IMG/VR virus record: IMGVR_UViG_3300042090_002597
Coordinates: 1 to 64,000 of that record
Origin: a virus
Strand: one strand, 5' to 3'
DNA length: 64,000 nt
The position numbers and the translations under genes are program-made. The notes under the pieces were generated by a model, which saw only the letters and a program-made list of their open reading frames with translations, did no database searches and had not been told where the DNA came from. Positions within the stretch are counted from its first letter, which is position 1, and each line of letters opens with the position of its first letter. Positions 1 through 9,655 of this stretch are shown one piece after another.

Positions 1-1184
1 ACCGAAGTGGCCACAGTGTCGCCGATGTTGGAACCTGTGAAGCCCCGGCGCCACATGCCGTACGGAGCACTGGACGCGGTCTCGCAGTGCTGCGCCATCA
101 AGGCTTGGACCGCGGTGGAGTTGCTGTCGCAGAATACGGTCCATGCGGGAATGGAGAGCGCCGCGGTCAAGCCGCTGGCGTAGCTGGAGTTGGTCGGCGG
201 ACCGCCGGTTGCGCCAGAGAAAAAAGTGGGATTTATGATCGCCAGCGAACCGGAACTCAGACCATTGCCCGGTCCGCCATACGTAGGCACACCGGTGCCG
301 CTGACCGCAGTCACCAGGCCGCCCGTAAAATTGTTAAACCAATAGATTATCTCATTTACATATGCGGTCACCGCTTTTGGAGCACCATATCCGCTCGCCA
401 CAGTGATGTTTCCGGTTGCGGAATCCAGCAAAGTGCACGGAAGAGTACCGTTAGTGGCGGATATGAGCGTGGCGAAATAATTGCCCGTTCCGTTAAGATA
501 TTCGGCCAGAAGCGACACAGTGGAGTATCCACCGGAACCTATGTTCACGGAAATGGATTCACCCTGAACAGGGCTTGTCACCGAGAACGTCGGTGTTGAG
601 CCGGACGCTATGATCGCATACGGAATCGTGGTGCCTGTGTAAGCGCCGGAATACGAAAATTCGAAAGGCCAGTTCAGGTTATTCCCGCTTACCTGATTAC
701 CGCCGTAGTTATCCGTCAGCGTGATATTTCGCAAAAAACCATTGATTACGCTGGACGACGAAAAATTCCCTATGCCGATCTGGCATGTGATCTGATTGGA
801 TGGCGGTCCGTAGAGCGCCGAAGTCAGGTTTATGAGCCCACTGCTCGCCCCGCCTGATCCCGTGCTGTTCAGTGTCAATTGCGATTGCGTGTTGCTGCTC
901 ACGTCCATGAACGTGATCAGCTGCGCTCCGTTTACGGCCGGCGACGGGTTAGCCATGAAAGGCACGTAGGCAGCCGCCGGGCCTCCCCGAAGTGCCGAAA
1001 GCAAATTCTGCGGGTTGACATAGGTGTTTGCCGTAAAGGGTTTCGGTCCCCAACCATAGCCGAGGAACAGCAGCGGCGGAGTGGTCGGAGGCGTGTTGGG
1101 GCCCGCATTCGCCACGTTGTCCGCGTAGTAGGCACCCGGTAGCGAAATATAGGCGCCGTCAAAGGTGATTCCCTGTTGGGGCAT
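1..1184 (-). CDS. Tail sheath protein paralog 2 (runs off the window start)
   Basis: ATG at 1184. About 880-1184 is near-identical to 2716-3019, and 1-229 is near-identical to 1878-2106 of the adjacent sheath gene. Both ends are in the same frame; the middle is diverged. Absent from the ORF track because it is truncated. Confidence 0.8.
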   Translation of the reverse strand, partial: MPQQGITFDGAYISLPGAYYADNVANAGPNTPPTTPPLLFLGYGWGPKPFTANTYVNPQNLLSALRGGPAAAYVPFMANPSPAVNGAQLITFMDVSSNTQSQLTLNSTGSGGASSGLINLTSALYGPPSNQITCQIGIGNFSSSSVINGFLRNITLTDNYGGNQVSGNNLNWPFEFSYSGAYTGTTIPYAIIASGSTPTFSVTSPVQGESISVNIGSGGYSTVSLLAEYLNGTGNYFATLISATNGTLPCTLLDSATGNITVASGYGAPKAVTAYVNEIIYWFNNFTGGLVTAVSGTGVPTYGGPGNGLSSGSLAIINPTFFSGATGGPPTNSSYASGLTAALSIPAWTVFCDSNSTAVQALMAQHCETASSAPYGMWRRGFTGSNIGDTVATS

Positions 1185-1198
1185 ATCTCAGGGTTCCC

Positions 1199-3019
1199 TT
1201 ACGTCGCCGAGGTGTTGACGATGACAAAAGACAACGGCTCGACCGTTGCGAAGCAGGTGATGTAGCGATTCTGCCCGACCAGCACCACGTTCACGGTGAT
1301 CGAGGCCAGTTGCAGAGTGCCGGTATAGGTCAGCACCAGGGAGCCGGGCTCCCACGAAGCGAGGACCCCGTTGCTGGAGCCGCCGGTGTAGATCAGCGCG
1401 TTGAGGATCCGCTTGACCGCGTTGAGGATGGTCACCTCGGTGGTGGGCGAGGCGATGGTCCCGACGTACTGCCGCAGCACGTTGGTGATCGAGTACGCCA
1501 GCCAGTAGCGGCACGCGACCTGCTGTGAGGATGTGTTCTCGACATTGGCGTCGACCTGCCATGTCGTCACATCGGACAGAATGGTGGGCGGCCCATTGAA
1601 CTGAGCGCCCTGCCAGAGCGCCATGACACCCCCGTTCTCCAGGGTGGTCAATTGCGACGCGGTCAGTTGCGAGCCGCCGGGGTCCTCGACCCCGTTGCCG
1701 TTCAGCACTTTGTTGGTCAGCGGCAGCGCGACGATATTGCCGGTGGCAATCGCGGCCGCTGCGGCCGCTGCGTAGAGTCCGCCGTACAGCTGATTCTGCC
1801 CTGTGGTGGTGTTGGTGCTGTAGATGCCCGGATAGAGATAGGCCATCTGGAGCGAATCGAGGTTCTGCGCATTGGTCACCGAAGTGGCCACAGTGTCGCC
1901 GATGTTGGAACCTGTGAAGCCCCGGCGCCACATGCCGTACGGAGCACTGGACGCGGTCTCGCAGTGCTGCGCCATGAGCGCCTGCACCGCGGTGGAGTTG
2001 CTGTCGCAGAATACGGTCCATGCGGGAATGGAGAGCGCCGCGGTCAAGCCGCTGGCGTAGCTGGAGTTGGTCGGCGGACCGCCGGTTGCGCCAGAGAAAA
2101 AAGTGGCCGTACCCGTTACGGGTATGTTATTGAGCCCTTCCGCAGACCCGCTTGTCGTTGTTGCGGATGCTAGTGTGGACGCGAACTGATTGACCCAAAA
2201 CACGGGATCGTTTTTGATCGCCCTGACGACATTGTATTGAAGCACACCGCCACTCGGCAGTTGCAGTCCTTCGTTAGTTATGGACTGCAAAAGAGTACAA
2301 GGAAGCTGTCCATTAGTGGACGACAGTGGCTGCGCAAAATAAAAACCGGTTCCGTTAAGATACTCCATAAGAAGAGAAACTGTGGAATATCCGCCGGAGC
2401 CTATATTAACCGAAATGGATTCTGACGGCACCGGACTGATCGTGGAGAAAGTAGGCGAAGATCCGCTGGCTATTACGTTTAAGGTGACGACAACAGCGCC
2501 CGTGGCCGCCCCGGAATACGCCATGATGAATGGGATTCCGAGATTGGCACCGACAATCTGAGTTCCTGCGAAATTATCAGTCAGCGTAAGATTATACCCG
2601 CCCAGGCCTGAACTCGGCGGGCTTACCTGATAAGTCAGTTTGTTGGAGGGCGGCCCGTAAAGAGTAGACGTCAGCGCCAACTGAACATTGCCGGTTGCAT
2701 TGAGCAGTGCAGCTTGCGATTGCGTGTTGCTGCTCACGTCCATGAACGTAATCAGCTGCGCTCCATTCACTGCCGGTGAAGGATTCGCCATGAACGGAAC
2801 ATACGCAGCCGCCGGTCCACCTCGGAGAGCGGCAAGCAGGTTTTGCGGATTGACGTAAGTGGTTGGTGTGAAGGGCTTCGGCCCCCAACCATAGCCGAGG
2901 AATAGCAGCGGCGGAGTGGTTGGAGGCGTGTTCGGGCCTGCATTCGCCACGTTGTCCGCGTAGTAGGCACCCGGTAGCGAAATATAGGCGCCGTCAAAGG
3001 TGATTCCCTGTTGGGGCAT
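1199..3019 (-). CDS. Contractile tail sheath protein
   Basis: 606 aa; N-terminal LPGAY and GWGP...P motifs, and a sheath-like C-terminus (YPG, PLTNK, DVTT), typical of myovirus sheaths. Confidence 0.85.
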   Translation of the reverse strand: MPQQGITFDGAYISLPGAYYADNVANAGPNTPPTTPPLLFLGYGWGPKPFTPTTYVNPQNLLAALRGGPAAAYVPFMANPSPAVNGAQLITFMDVSSNTQSQAALLNATGNVQLALTSTLYGPPSNKLTYQVSPPSSGLGGYNLTLTDNFAGTQIVGANLGIPFIMAYSGAATGAVVVTLNVIASGSSPTFSTISPVPSESISVNIGSGGYSTVSLLMEYLNGTGFYFAQPLSSTNGQLPCTLLQSITNEGLQLPSGGVLQYNVVRAIKNDPVFWVNQFASTLASATTTSGSAEGLNNIPVTGTATFFSGATGGPPTNSSYASGLTAALSIPAWTVFCDSNSTAVQALMAQHCETASSAPYGMWRRGFTGSNIGDTVATSVTNAQNLDSLQMAYLYPGIYSTNTTTGQNQLYGGLYAAAAAAAIATGNIVALPLTNKVLNGNGVEDPGGSQLTASQLTTLENGGVMALWQGAQFNGPPTILSDVTTWQVDANVENTSSQQVACRYWLAYSITNVLRQYVGTIASPTTEVTILNAVKRILNALIYTGGSSNGVLASWEPGSLVLTYTGTLQLASITVNVVLVGQNRYITCFATVEPLSFVIVNTSAT

Positions 3020-3031
3020 CTACCTGCTTCC

Positions 3032-3379
3032 TTATGCCAGCCGCGGATCGCTGGGATGGGCGGGCTCATTGCGCATGGCGTCGATCAGCGCTTTCCAGCC
3101 CTGGATGGTGTGTTTCTCTCCGCCGTGCCGGATTTTCAGCAGCTTCAGCCATACTTCGTCCACATGGCCTGGCAGTGCGGTCATGAGCGTACGGCCGTTC
3201 TGTACAACCGGCTTTCCCTGGCGAACCAGGGGCACCCGACGGGGTTTCAGGCCCGCTGCGAACGCCGCGTACGGAACCGGCGGCCCGAAATCAAACTCAC
3301 TCGGCGTCGCGGCGACCGGGTCGGGTGCCTGCGAAACCGGAACAGGCTCGGGGGACGGGGTGAGATCGGTCTCACTCAT
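3032..3379 (-). CDS. Hypothetical phage protein
   Basis: 115 aa ORF with a GGAG RBS, co-oriented in the structural operon. Confidence 0.6.
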   Translation of the reverse strand: MSETDLTPSPEPVPVSQAPDPVAATPSEFDFGPPVPYAAFAAGLKPRRVPLVRQGKPVVQNGRTLMTALPGHVDEVWLKLLKIRHGGEKHTIQGWKALIDAMRNEPAHPSDPRLA

Positions 3380-3447
3380 GGAAATTCTCTCCGGAACGGC
3401 TGCTCCAGCCTATCCTTGTCGCCCGGCTCTCCATATGGCGCGGAAGC

Positions 3448-5403
3448 CTAGTCGAAACTGACGAAGACGCCTCCCGGCTGTGGCGGTGGGGTCGGAGGCA
3501 CCGGAGGTGCGGGAGGCGGTTCAATGGTGAAATTGACCTGCACTGCCGTGCTCTGGGGGCCTGGTGTCCGAAAGGTGGTGATCGCCGTGACGATGCTCTG
3601 GACGATCCGCACCATCTTGTTGAACTGGCACCCGAGAACGCTGAAAGTTTGGCCCTGGCTGATCTTTATCAGAAGGGGAGTGGTGGGTGCTTTTACGAAG
3701 GCCACCACTACCTGGCCGAGAAGTGCCTTGGCGTACTTGCCCAGCGAATGTGTCACCACCACGGCCTGCCCTGTGACAGTCACTGCCGTTTGCGATCGGA
3801 GCCGAGAAACTTGCACCGTGAACGTCTGTCCGAGTGTGAGCCTGACCGTTTTTCCTGCCATCTTTGCGGCTACAAGAACCTGGCCGAGCGTTGTGGCGAC
3901 AGACACGCCAGCAGTGTGAACCGCCTGTGTCGTAGTTATCGCCTGTGTCAGCAGCAGCGTTACGGTTTTGCGAACCGATTTTCCGACTGCTATGGACTGC
4001 CCTAGCAGCGCTGCCACAGCGACAGAATGAGCAGCCTTGGTCGCCACATTGACAGTCTGCGATAATACCGCGGCCACAATCCTGGCCGCGCGCTTGGTCG
4101 AACTGACTGTCTGGCCTATCCCCATGGAGATTGTCCTACGGGCCTGCTTAACGACTGCTACTGTCTGCGCTAGCGCTGCCGCAACTAATCTATTTGCCGT
4201 TTTCACGATATGCACATTTTGCAGCAGCGACACACTCACAGTTATCCCGTGAAATACTTTCGTTCCGGCAGACAATGTCTGTCCCAGCAGCAGAGGTACC
4301 GCACTGGTCGCCCCGCTGTACAGTTTAGTTACCTTTACAGATTGAGCTATGATAGTTGATTTGGCAGACGTAACCGCAGTAGCCGCACGAGCAAAAGTTT
4401 GCGCGGATGTTATTTTCTTGGTAGCGGACACAGCCGCAGTTGCGCGCTTGAACGTCTGCCCTAGCGTCACCGCACTTGTTTTAAGTCTGTTTCTTATTAT
4501 GGTGGTTGCAACAGTTTCGCCGAGAGTAAACGCATTCGTCTTTACGCGGTTTCTTGTTTCTTTTGTCGTCAGCGTTTCTGCAAGTGTAATTGCCGCTGTT
4601 TTCAAATATTGCGTGAACGCAGACCCTACTATTTCTGCTAAAATGTCATCGTCAGGGAATATCAAAAACTGATATGGATTTTTATCTATCTGCTGCATTT
4701 CGGCAGCGGTCAGAGTGCGGGTCCACATAAAAGCAACAAGAGTTGTCGCCTGCAAATAGCTTCCGGAACTTGATCCATTCCCCATCAAATCCACTTCTGA
4801 AGTTGCGGTAAACGCAACAGTTCCTGAAAGTGTCGTAGAATTTTGAAGAGTTCCTTTCGAATAGCAAGATATGGTAGTCGAAGAAAAAGTCGCACCGAAA
4901 GAATTTACCGGCCCCGCGGTCCACCCTGTTCCTGCGGTTTGATACAGCGTACCTCCGGCACCTGTTCCTGCGTACACCGATCCGGTAGGATTGCCATCTA
5001 GCAGTGAATACACCCAGTACGGAGAGCCGAGCCCGTTCTGGTAAGTCATTCCGAAAAGGATTGTTGCGTTAAAGCCCGATCCTCCCGATATGTTTGTTCC
5101 CCGCCAATATACAGACGCATTGTTGGCCGATTGCATCTGCAACGGCACGTTGCTGGAAAAAGCGCCACTACCATTCACAGCACCCGACAAAAGACCCAAG
5201 CCCTCTGGAGTCATATTTGGAGTGCAACTAACTGGGACCAAATCCGCGCCTTGTCCCGTGAGATTTTTAACCGGCCCGAGCGGTGTAGCACCAGGCACAT
5301 AGCATAGCGACAACCCTGCAGTGATTGGATTTGACCAGTCTATCCGCGGTAAGCCGCCCGGAAGAAAATTTCTTGGTTTTTGCTTTATCCCGGTTGGAAT
5401 CAT
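3448..5403 (-). CDS. Virion protein with a LamG/ConA-like N-terminal domain and a degenerate LGQT repeat region
   Basis: 651 aa; IDWSNPIT..L..C and W.RTLTAAEM..I..NPY motifs bracket a lectin-like domain, followed by many ~19-aa (L/I)GQT-type Thr/Val-rich repeats. Confidence 0.6.
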   Translation of the reverse strand: MIPTGIKQKPRNFLPGGLPRIDWSNPITAGLSLCYVPGATPLGPVKNLTGQGADLVPVSCTPNMTPEGLGLLSGAVNGSGAFSSNVPLQMQSANNASVYWRGTNISGGSGFNATILFGMTYQNGLGSPYWVYSLLDGNPTGSVYAGTGAGGTLYQTAGTGWTAGPVNSFGATFSSTTISCYSKGTLQNSTTLSGTVAFTATSEVDLMGNGSSSGSYLQATTLVAFMWTRTLTAAEMQQIDKNPYQFLIFPDDDILAEIVGSAFTQYLKTAAITLAETLTTKETRNRVKTNAFTLGETVATTIIRNRLKTSAVTLGQTFKRATAAVSATKKITSAQTFARAATAVTSAKSTIIAQSVKVTKLYSGATSAVPLLLGQTLSAGTKVFHGITVSVSLLQNVHIVKTANRLVAAALAQTVAVVKQARRTISMGIGQTVSSTKRAARIVAAVLSQTVNVATKAAHSVAVAALLGQSIAVGKSVRKTVTLLLTQAITTTQAVHTAGVSVATTLGQVLVAAKMAGKTVRLTLGQTFTVQVSRLRSQTAVTVTGQAVVVTHSLGKYAKALLGQVVVAFVKAPTTPLLIKISQGQTFSVLGCQFNKMVRIVQSIVTAITTFRTPGPQSTAVQVNFTIEPPPAPPVPPTPPPQPGGVFVSFD

Positions 5404-5415
5404 ATCTGCCGCACC

Positions 5416-5913
5416 TTAGTACTGGGTGGCGACAGGCCCCGCCTTGATGAGATTTCCGCTGGAATACAGCGCGGCTCCCGTAAGATTCTGGATCAAAACT
5501 TTACAGGTAGGCCAGGGATTCTTGAAATAACTCTGGCCCCATTTCTGATTGTTCGCCGCAAGCGCAACAGCGTCAAATGGAATGATGAAATCAGGCGATC
5601 TCGGCAAAGCCATTACCGTCGTGCTTGGTGTCGAGATTGCGGATTCGTAAGTGCTGCCGCCATCCGGAGATTTCAGATACCAGCCAGCGATGAAGCCGCC
5701 TGCGGTCGGCGTGAAAGCACCACCTGCGGTGAAGTATATTTCGGACCAAATCGCATTGGCGAAATTGGTCTGCGTGAAGACGCCGGAAGTGCCGCCGACG
5801 CTGCTGGTGGCAGCGGAGCCATTGGCAAGTGAATTCAGTTCGGTCGACATCAAATTGAACGGAGTCGCTATGAACCCGTTGGTGCCTGCTGATTCAAGAA
5901 AATTTGTAGGCAC
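5416..5913 (-). CDS. Putative virion structural protein
   Basis: 165 aa, S/T/G-rich, in the structural operon. Confidence 0.6.
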   Translation of the reverse strand: MPTNFLESAGTNGFIATPFNLMSTELNSLANGSAATSSVGGTSGVFTQTNFANAIWSEIYFTAGGAFTPTAGGFIAGWYLKSPDGGSTYESAISTPSTTVMALPRSPDFIIPFDAVALAANNQKWGQSYFKNPWPTCKVLIQNLTGAALYSSGNLIKAGPVATQY

Positions 5914-5919
5914 CGGGGA

Positions 5920-6606
5920 TTATGCTCCCGAGAACTGGTCCGTGACCGTGAACAGGATGCTGTCGCCGGAGTTCAGCGCCAGGCCGGCAAAGTCGGCATG
6001 GGCAAACATATTCCCGCCCAGTGACGCCGGAACGGAAGCGGTCTGACCGCCGACCGTCCACGAAGTATAGGCACCTCCGTCTCCGCCCACGGTCACCGAG
6101 GCACCGGAAGTTTGGATGCCCGACACGGAACCCAGCTGACCGCGGACGATCGTCACCAAAGTGGTGTTCTGACCGCCGGTCACCAGAACCGTCTCGCCGC
6201 CGGTGGTGAGTCCGCCAAGCTCAATGTAGAAGTTGCCGCTGGTCGGCCCGACCGCAGCCGCAAGGGTAATGCTGGTAGCGGAGGCAGTCGCCGAGGCGAA
6301 AAGCGTGGTGGTCGGACTGAGCGTGGTGGTGTCGAACAGCGCCACCTCGGTGATGGTCTTGGCCGCGGTTGCAGTGATCGAGCCGGTGACCTTGTAGGTA
6401 TCCGCCAGGAAGCTGGTGCTGATGCCCGACGATGTGCCAGCGGTGCGTGCTTCGGTGGCGGGCGTGAACATGTTCACATTGGCATTCGACGACCCGGTGA
6501 CGCTGGATGTACCCCAGCCGATGTTCAGCGGCTCGGTCCCAGAACTGCGAAGCCGGTTGACGAGGATCGAGCGCCCCGAAAAACAGACCGATGCGCCGTT
6601 CGCCAT
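5920..6606 (-). CDS. Putative virion structural protein
   Basis: 228 aa; IGWGT, ITEVALF and GDSILFT motifs seen in phage tail/collar-type proteins. Confidence 0.6.
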   Translation of the reverse strand: MANGASVCFSGRSILVNRLRSSGTEPLNIGWGTSSVTGSSNANVNMFTPATEARTAGTSSGISTSFLADTYKVTGSITATAAKTITEVALFDTTTLSPTTTLFASATASATSITLAAAVGPTSGNFYIELGGLTTGGETVLVTGGQNTTLVTIVRGQLGSVSGIQTSGASVTVGGDGGAYTSWTVGGQTASVPASLGGNMFAHADFAGLALNSGDSILFTVTDQFSGA

Positions 6607-6609
6607 CTC

Positions 6610-8055
6610 TCAAATCTCCTTCAACGCCTCCGACACATCGGAGATCACCTGGTTCCAGTCTCCACGCTTTTTCTGGCGAAACAGCCGTACAGACGGGTAC
6701 CAGGGCGTGGTGTCCGGGTCTTTCCCCCAGAGCCAGTAGGCATCATAGCAGAGCATCACGAAGCATCGCACGCCGAGAGCACCCGCGAGATGGGCGACCA
6801 TGGTGCAGCAAGTCACCACAACATCCATCTGCATCAAGGCGATACCCGTCAGTACAAGGTCGGATTCGATGTGCGGCCGCAAATCTTCCATGACCAGGTA
6901 CGCACCCGTACGCCCGAGATCGTCATGCCCTTCGCCGCATTGGAGCGAGTACAGGACATTCCGGGGGTCGGTGGCGAGATGCAGCATGTGCTCGATCGGC
7001 ACGGACCGTCGGACCTGCGTGGCGTTTTCCGGATTGCCGGTCCAGACCACGCCGATTTTCCGACACCCTTCCCGCGGCGGCAGCGGCATATTCACTTTTG
7101 CCGCGGCGTTCTGAGCCGCTACTCGCTGGCGGATATATCCGGGGTCCGGATAGATGTTGTCCAGCCGCGCGCCTGCGAAGTAGGCGAGGCTGTGCAGATA
7201 CACGCCATAATCATATCGCTCCGGTCCGTCCTGATCCGGCCACAAAATGCCGGAAGGAACGAAGTCGGCGACAGCCCGAAATTCCCAAAAAAGGTTCTGG
7301 TAGGACGTGTGAACATTCAATTTGATTCGAACATCTGGATATTTTTGCTTCACCCAGTGGATGTAGCGAGCGAACGCGATGCTGTCTCCGATCCCTTGCT
7401 CCGTCTGGATGAACAGTGTTTTTCCGTTCAGGTCCGATCCGTCCCAGTACGGCACGCCAAGAGGCGGCAACTTGAATTCCTTCATATTGCCGCCGACACG
7501 GTTTTCGTAAAGACGCAATCCTTCCGCCCAGTCACCTTTGGCCAGTAGCATGAGGGACAAGTGAATGGATTCAGCGCTGGATCGCTCGGGAATATCGGCA
7601 AGTCGGCGCATTTCATATTCTGCGCTGTCGTACTCTCCGAGAATACCCCACACAAGAGCCCGGTTGCTCTTGGCGTTCTCGTATTCCGGGATAATGTTGA
7701 TCGCTCTTTCGAACGCAAACAAGGAATCTTCGAACCTGCCGAGTGCATGCAGCGCGACACCAAGCTCGGCCCACGCCAAGCCGAACCGTGGCGCCAATGC
7801 AATAGCACGGCGCAAAAGTGCAATGGCTACGGCATAGCGTTTTTCCTGGATCGTCTCCACCGCCGTTTTGACAAGCGTAACGGCCTCTTCGCGTATTTTG
7901 GCTTCTTCTTCGGTCTCAGGCCGTCCGCGCAGCGTCTCGGCCGGGTTGACCGATATCACTCCGCCGTCACCCTCCGGTCTCGGAATTTGTGCAACCGTGC
8001 CGTCGAGATACGTTACCGTTATGAGCGCCGAAGGACCGGGACTGACGTCATCCAT
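6610..8055 (-). CDS. TPR-repeat protein with GT9-like glycosyltransferase domain
   Basis: TPR helices followed by EQGIGD, IGVVWTGNP, AHLAGALG and TPWYPSVRLFRQ...GDW motifs. Confidence 0.85.
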   Translation of the reverse strand: MDDVSPGPSALITVTYLDGTVAQIPRPEGDGGVISVNPAETLRGRPETEEEAKIREEAVTLVKTAVETIQEKRYAVAIALLRRAIALAPRFGLAWAELGVALHALGRFEDSLFAFERAINIIPEYENAKSNRALVWGILGEYDSAEYEMRRLADIPERSSAESIHLSLMLLAKGDWAEGLRLYENRVGGNMKEFKLPPLGVPYWDGSDLNGKTLFIQTEQGIGDSIAFARYIHWVKQKYPDVRIKLNVHTSYQNLFWEFRAVADFVPSGILWPDQDGPERYDYGVYLHSLAYFAGARLDNIYPDPGYIRQRVAAQNAAAKVNMPLPPREGCRKIGVVWTGNPENATQVRRSVPIEHMLHLATDPRNVLYSLQCGEGHDDLGRTGAYLVMEDLRPHIESDLVLTGIALMQMDVVVTCCTMVAHLAGALGVRCFVMLCYDAYWLWGKDPDTTPWYPSVRLFRQKKRGDWNQVISDVSEALKEI

Positions 8056-8061
8056 GGGCGA

Positions 8062-8334
8062 TCATGCCGCCGCAGCAGGTTCAGGTTCTGCCGGGGCCGG
8101 GGCAGGCAACGTAAACGTCACCGGCACCGTGTCACCGTCGCTTACGCCGTCCCATGCTTCGCGCTCGGCCTTGCTGAACAGGCGCAACGTAAGCGTGCCG
8201 TGGTACGCACCTGCAACCGGGGTCAATTCGACCTCCAGCACACTGACGTCGGCCTGCGCGTCCTCGCCGTTGATGGTGACGGTGCGCGGGGTCATGTGCG
8301 CGGATTTCCGGTGCACGTTGAACATGATCTGCAT
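8062..8334 (-). CDS. Hypothetical protein
   Basis: 90 aa ORF with RBS, in operon. Confidence 0.55.
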   Translation of the reverse strand: MQIMFNVHRKSAHMTPRTVTINGEDAQADVSVLEVELTPVAGAYHGTLTLRLFSKAEREAWDGVSDGDTVPVTFTLPAPAPAEPEPAAAA

Positions 8335-8346
8335 GATTTCGCCCTT

Positions 8347-8625
8347 TCAACTAAACCCAAAAAGCCAGCCTTTTTTCTTTTTCGCCACATGCTTCGGCCG
8401 CCCGGGCTTCGACCTGGCCGCGCCGCAATTCGGGCATATCTCGCCGACAAACTGCCCGATACGAACGTCGCCCGGGTCCACCTGGACGCCCGGAACACTG
8501 TCCCAGCCACGATCAACGGAAGACTTGTACACCCCCGGCGCCCCACAGCGACCGCACGCACGAATGATCTGCGCCTGGATGCCGATCTTCGGTTTCGTCT
8601 CGGAAATGCTGATCTGCTCGGTCAT
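8347..8625 (-). CDS. Small zinc-ribbon protein
   Basis: CGRC and CPNC pairs. Confidence 0.55.
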   Translation of the reverse strand: MTEQISISETKPKIGIQAQIIRACGRCGAPGVYKSSVDRGWDSVPGVQVDPGDVRIGQFVGEICPNCGAARSKPGRPKHVAKKKKGWLFGFS

Positions 8626-8628
8626 GCG

Positions 8629-9543
8629 CTACGTATCCGTGATCGTCTCGGTGTCCTGAACCACTTCCAGGTTCACATTGATCCGCTCGATCAGATTGAA
8701 CCCGGTGAGGATTGTTACATCAAACACACCCTCCAGGTCAAACATGACGTCGGCCCAGTAGAAACCCGGCATCTGGCCAGTGAACTCATCGTGGGTGGTG
8801 CCTGATGTCGCCTGGAAAGAATGCCGGATATTCTGTCCAATCTGAGAGAACAAGGTGGCTTTCAGTGCCCGAAAAGCCATGAGCAGCGTGTCGCGATAGA
8901 AGTCCCGCTCATCCGCATTCTGACTGAACACACTGATCCGCCAGACCCGTCTTGCCCAACCCGGCAGCGTCCACAGATTGTCCGGTTTCGTAACCAGGAC
9001 AACATCCTGACCAATCATCGTATCGTTCTGTTGGAACAAATCCAGATTGACGACAATGAACGGTGTCGCTGCCAGACCGCCCTGCGGCATTTTTGTGCTG
9101 ACCTGAACCGGCGCTACCGCTACACCTGCTGGTATAGGAGCGTTATCGCAAGCCGCCTGGAGAAGGCGAATCAACAGCTGCGACAGCCCATCTGGCGTCG
9201 TAACTATTGACCCTGCGGGTGTAATTGGTCCGATTTGAGTAGTGCCAGTCGTATCAGTGGTCCGCCACACATACTGAAGAGTAGAATCCAAAGGCTGCGA
9301 AGACGTGCTTGGCCCGTCGCCAACGTCTGCCCAAATAGGAAGAGGCGTGCCGCTGTATATTTGAGTGAACGTGCCGAGTCCTGTAACGCCGGATACCGCC
9401 CGGGAGAGCGTCATCAAAGTAACCCCAGACGGCGGCGAAAAATTGCCTTGATCAGCGCCATAGAACTGTAGAAGCACGGCTCCGCCTACCGGTAGCGGAC
9501 TCGCAACAACAGGAGGGCCGGACCCACTCATTTGCTGAACCAA
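8629..9543 (-). CDS. Putative neck/tail-completion protein
   Basis: 304 aa, located between the head-tail adaptor genes and the sheath; the true start may be the ATG a few codons downstream. Confidence 0.55.
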   Translation of the reverse strand: MVQQMSGSGPPVVASPLPVGGAVLLQFYGADQGNFSPPSGVTLMTLSRAVSGVTGLGTFTQIYSGTPLPIWADVGDGPSTSSQPLDSTLQYVWRTTDTTGTTQIGPITPAGSIVTTPDGLSQLLIRLLQAACDNAPIPAGVAVAPVQVSTKMPQGGLAATPFIVVNLDLFQQNDTMIGQDVVLVTKPDNLWTLPGWARRVWRISVFSQNADERDFYRDTLLMAFRALKATLFSQIGQNIRHSFQATSGTTHDEFTGQMPGFYWADVMFDLEGVFDVTILTGFNLIERINVNLEVVQDTETITDT

Positions 9544-9584
9544 AATCCTCTTGACTTACGAAACACAGAGTAGCACGTTAACAG

Positions 9585-9655
9585 CATCCGGCGCTGCCAA
9601 GCGTAGTACTGTACGGTAAAGTATGGTCCGGTCAAGCACCGCAAGCCAAGGTTTT
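9585..9655 (+). ncRNA. NGY-NN pentamer tract A (putative guide RNA)
   Basis: ggc-gc tgc-ca agc-gt agt-ac tgt-ac ggt-aa agt-at ggt-cc ggt-ca agc-ac cgc-aa gcc-aa ggtttt; a TTGACT -35-like box lies at 9551. Confidence 0.8.

Noticed and set aside
1-3019. Diversity-generating retroelement explaining the sheath duplication
   Set aside because: No reverse transcriptase is present in the window, and the differences are not adenine-specific.
9247-9267. Possible gapped target of tract C in gene 8629-9543
   Set aside because: Only the 5' pairs match, partly from non-NGY pentamers, and the well-formed 3' units do not match. Chance cannot be excluded.
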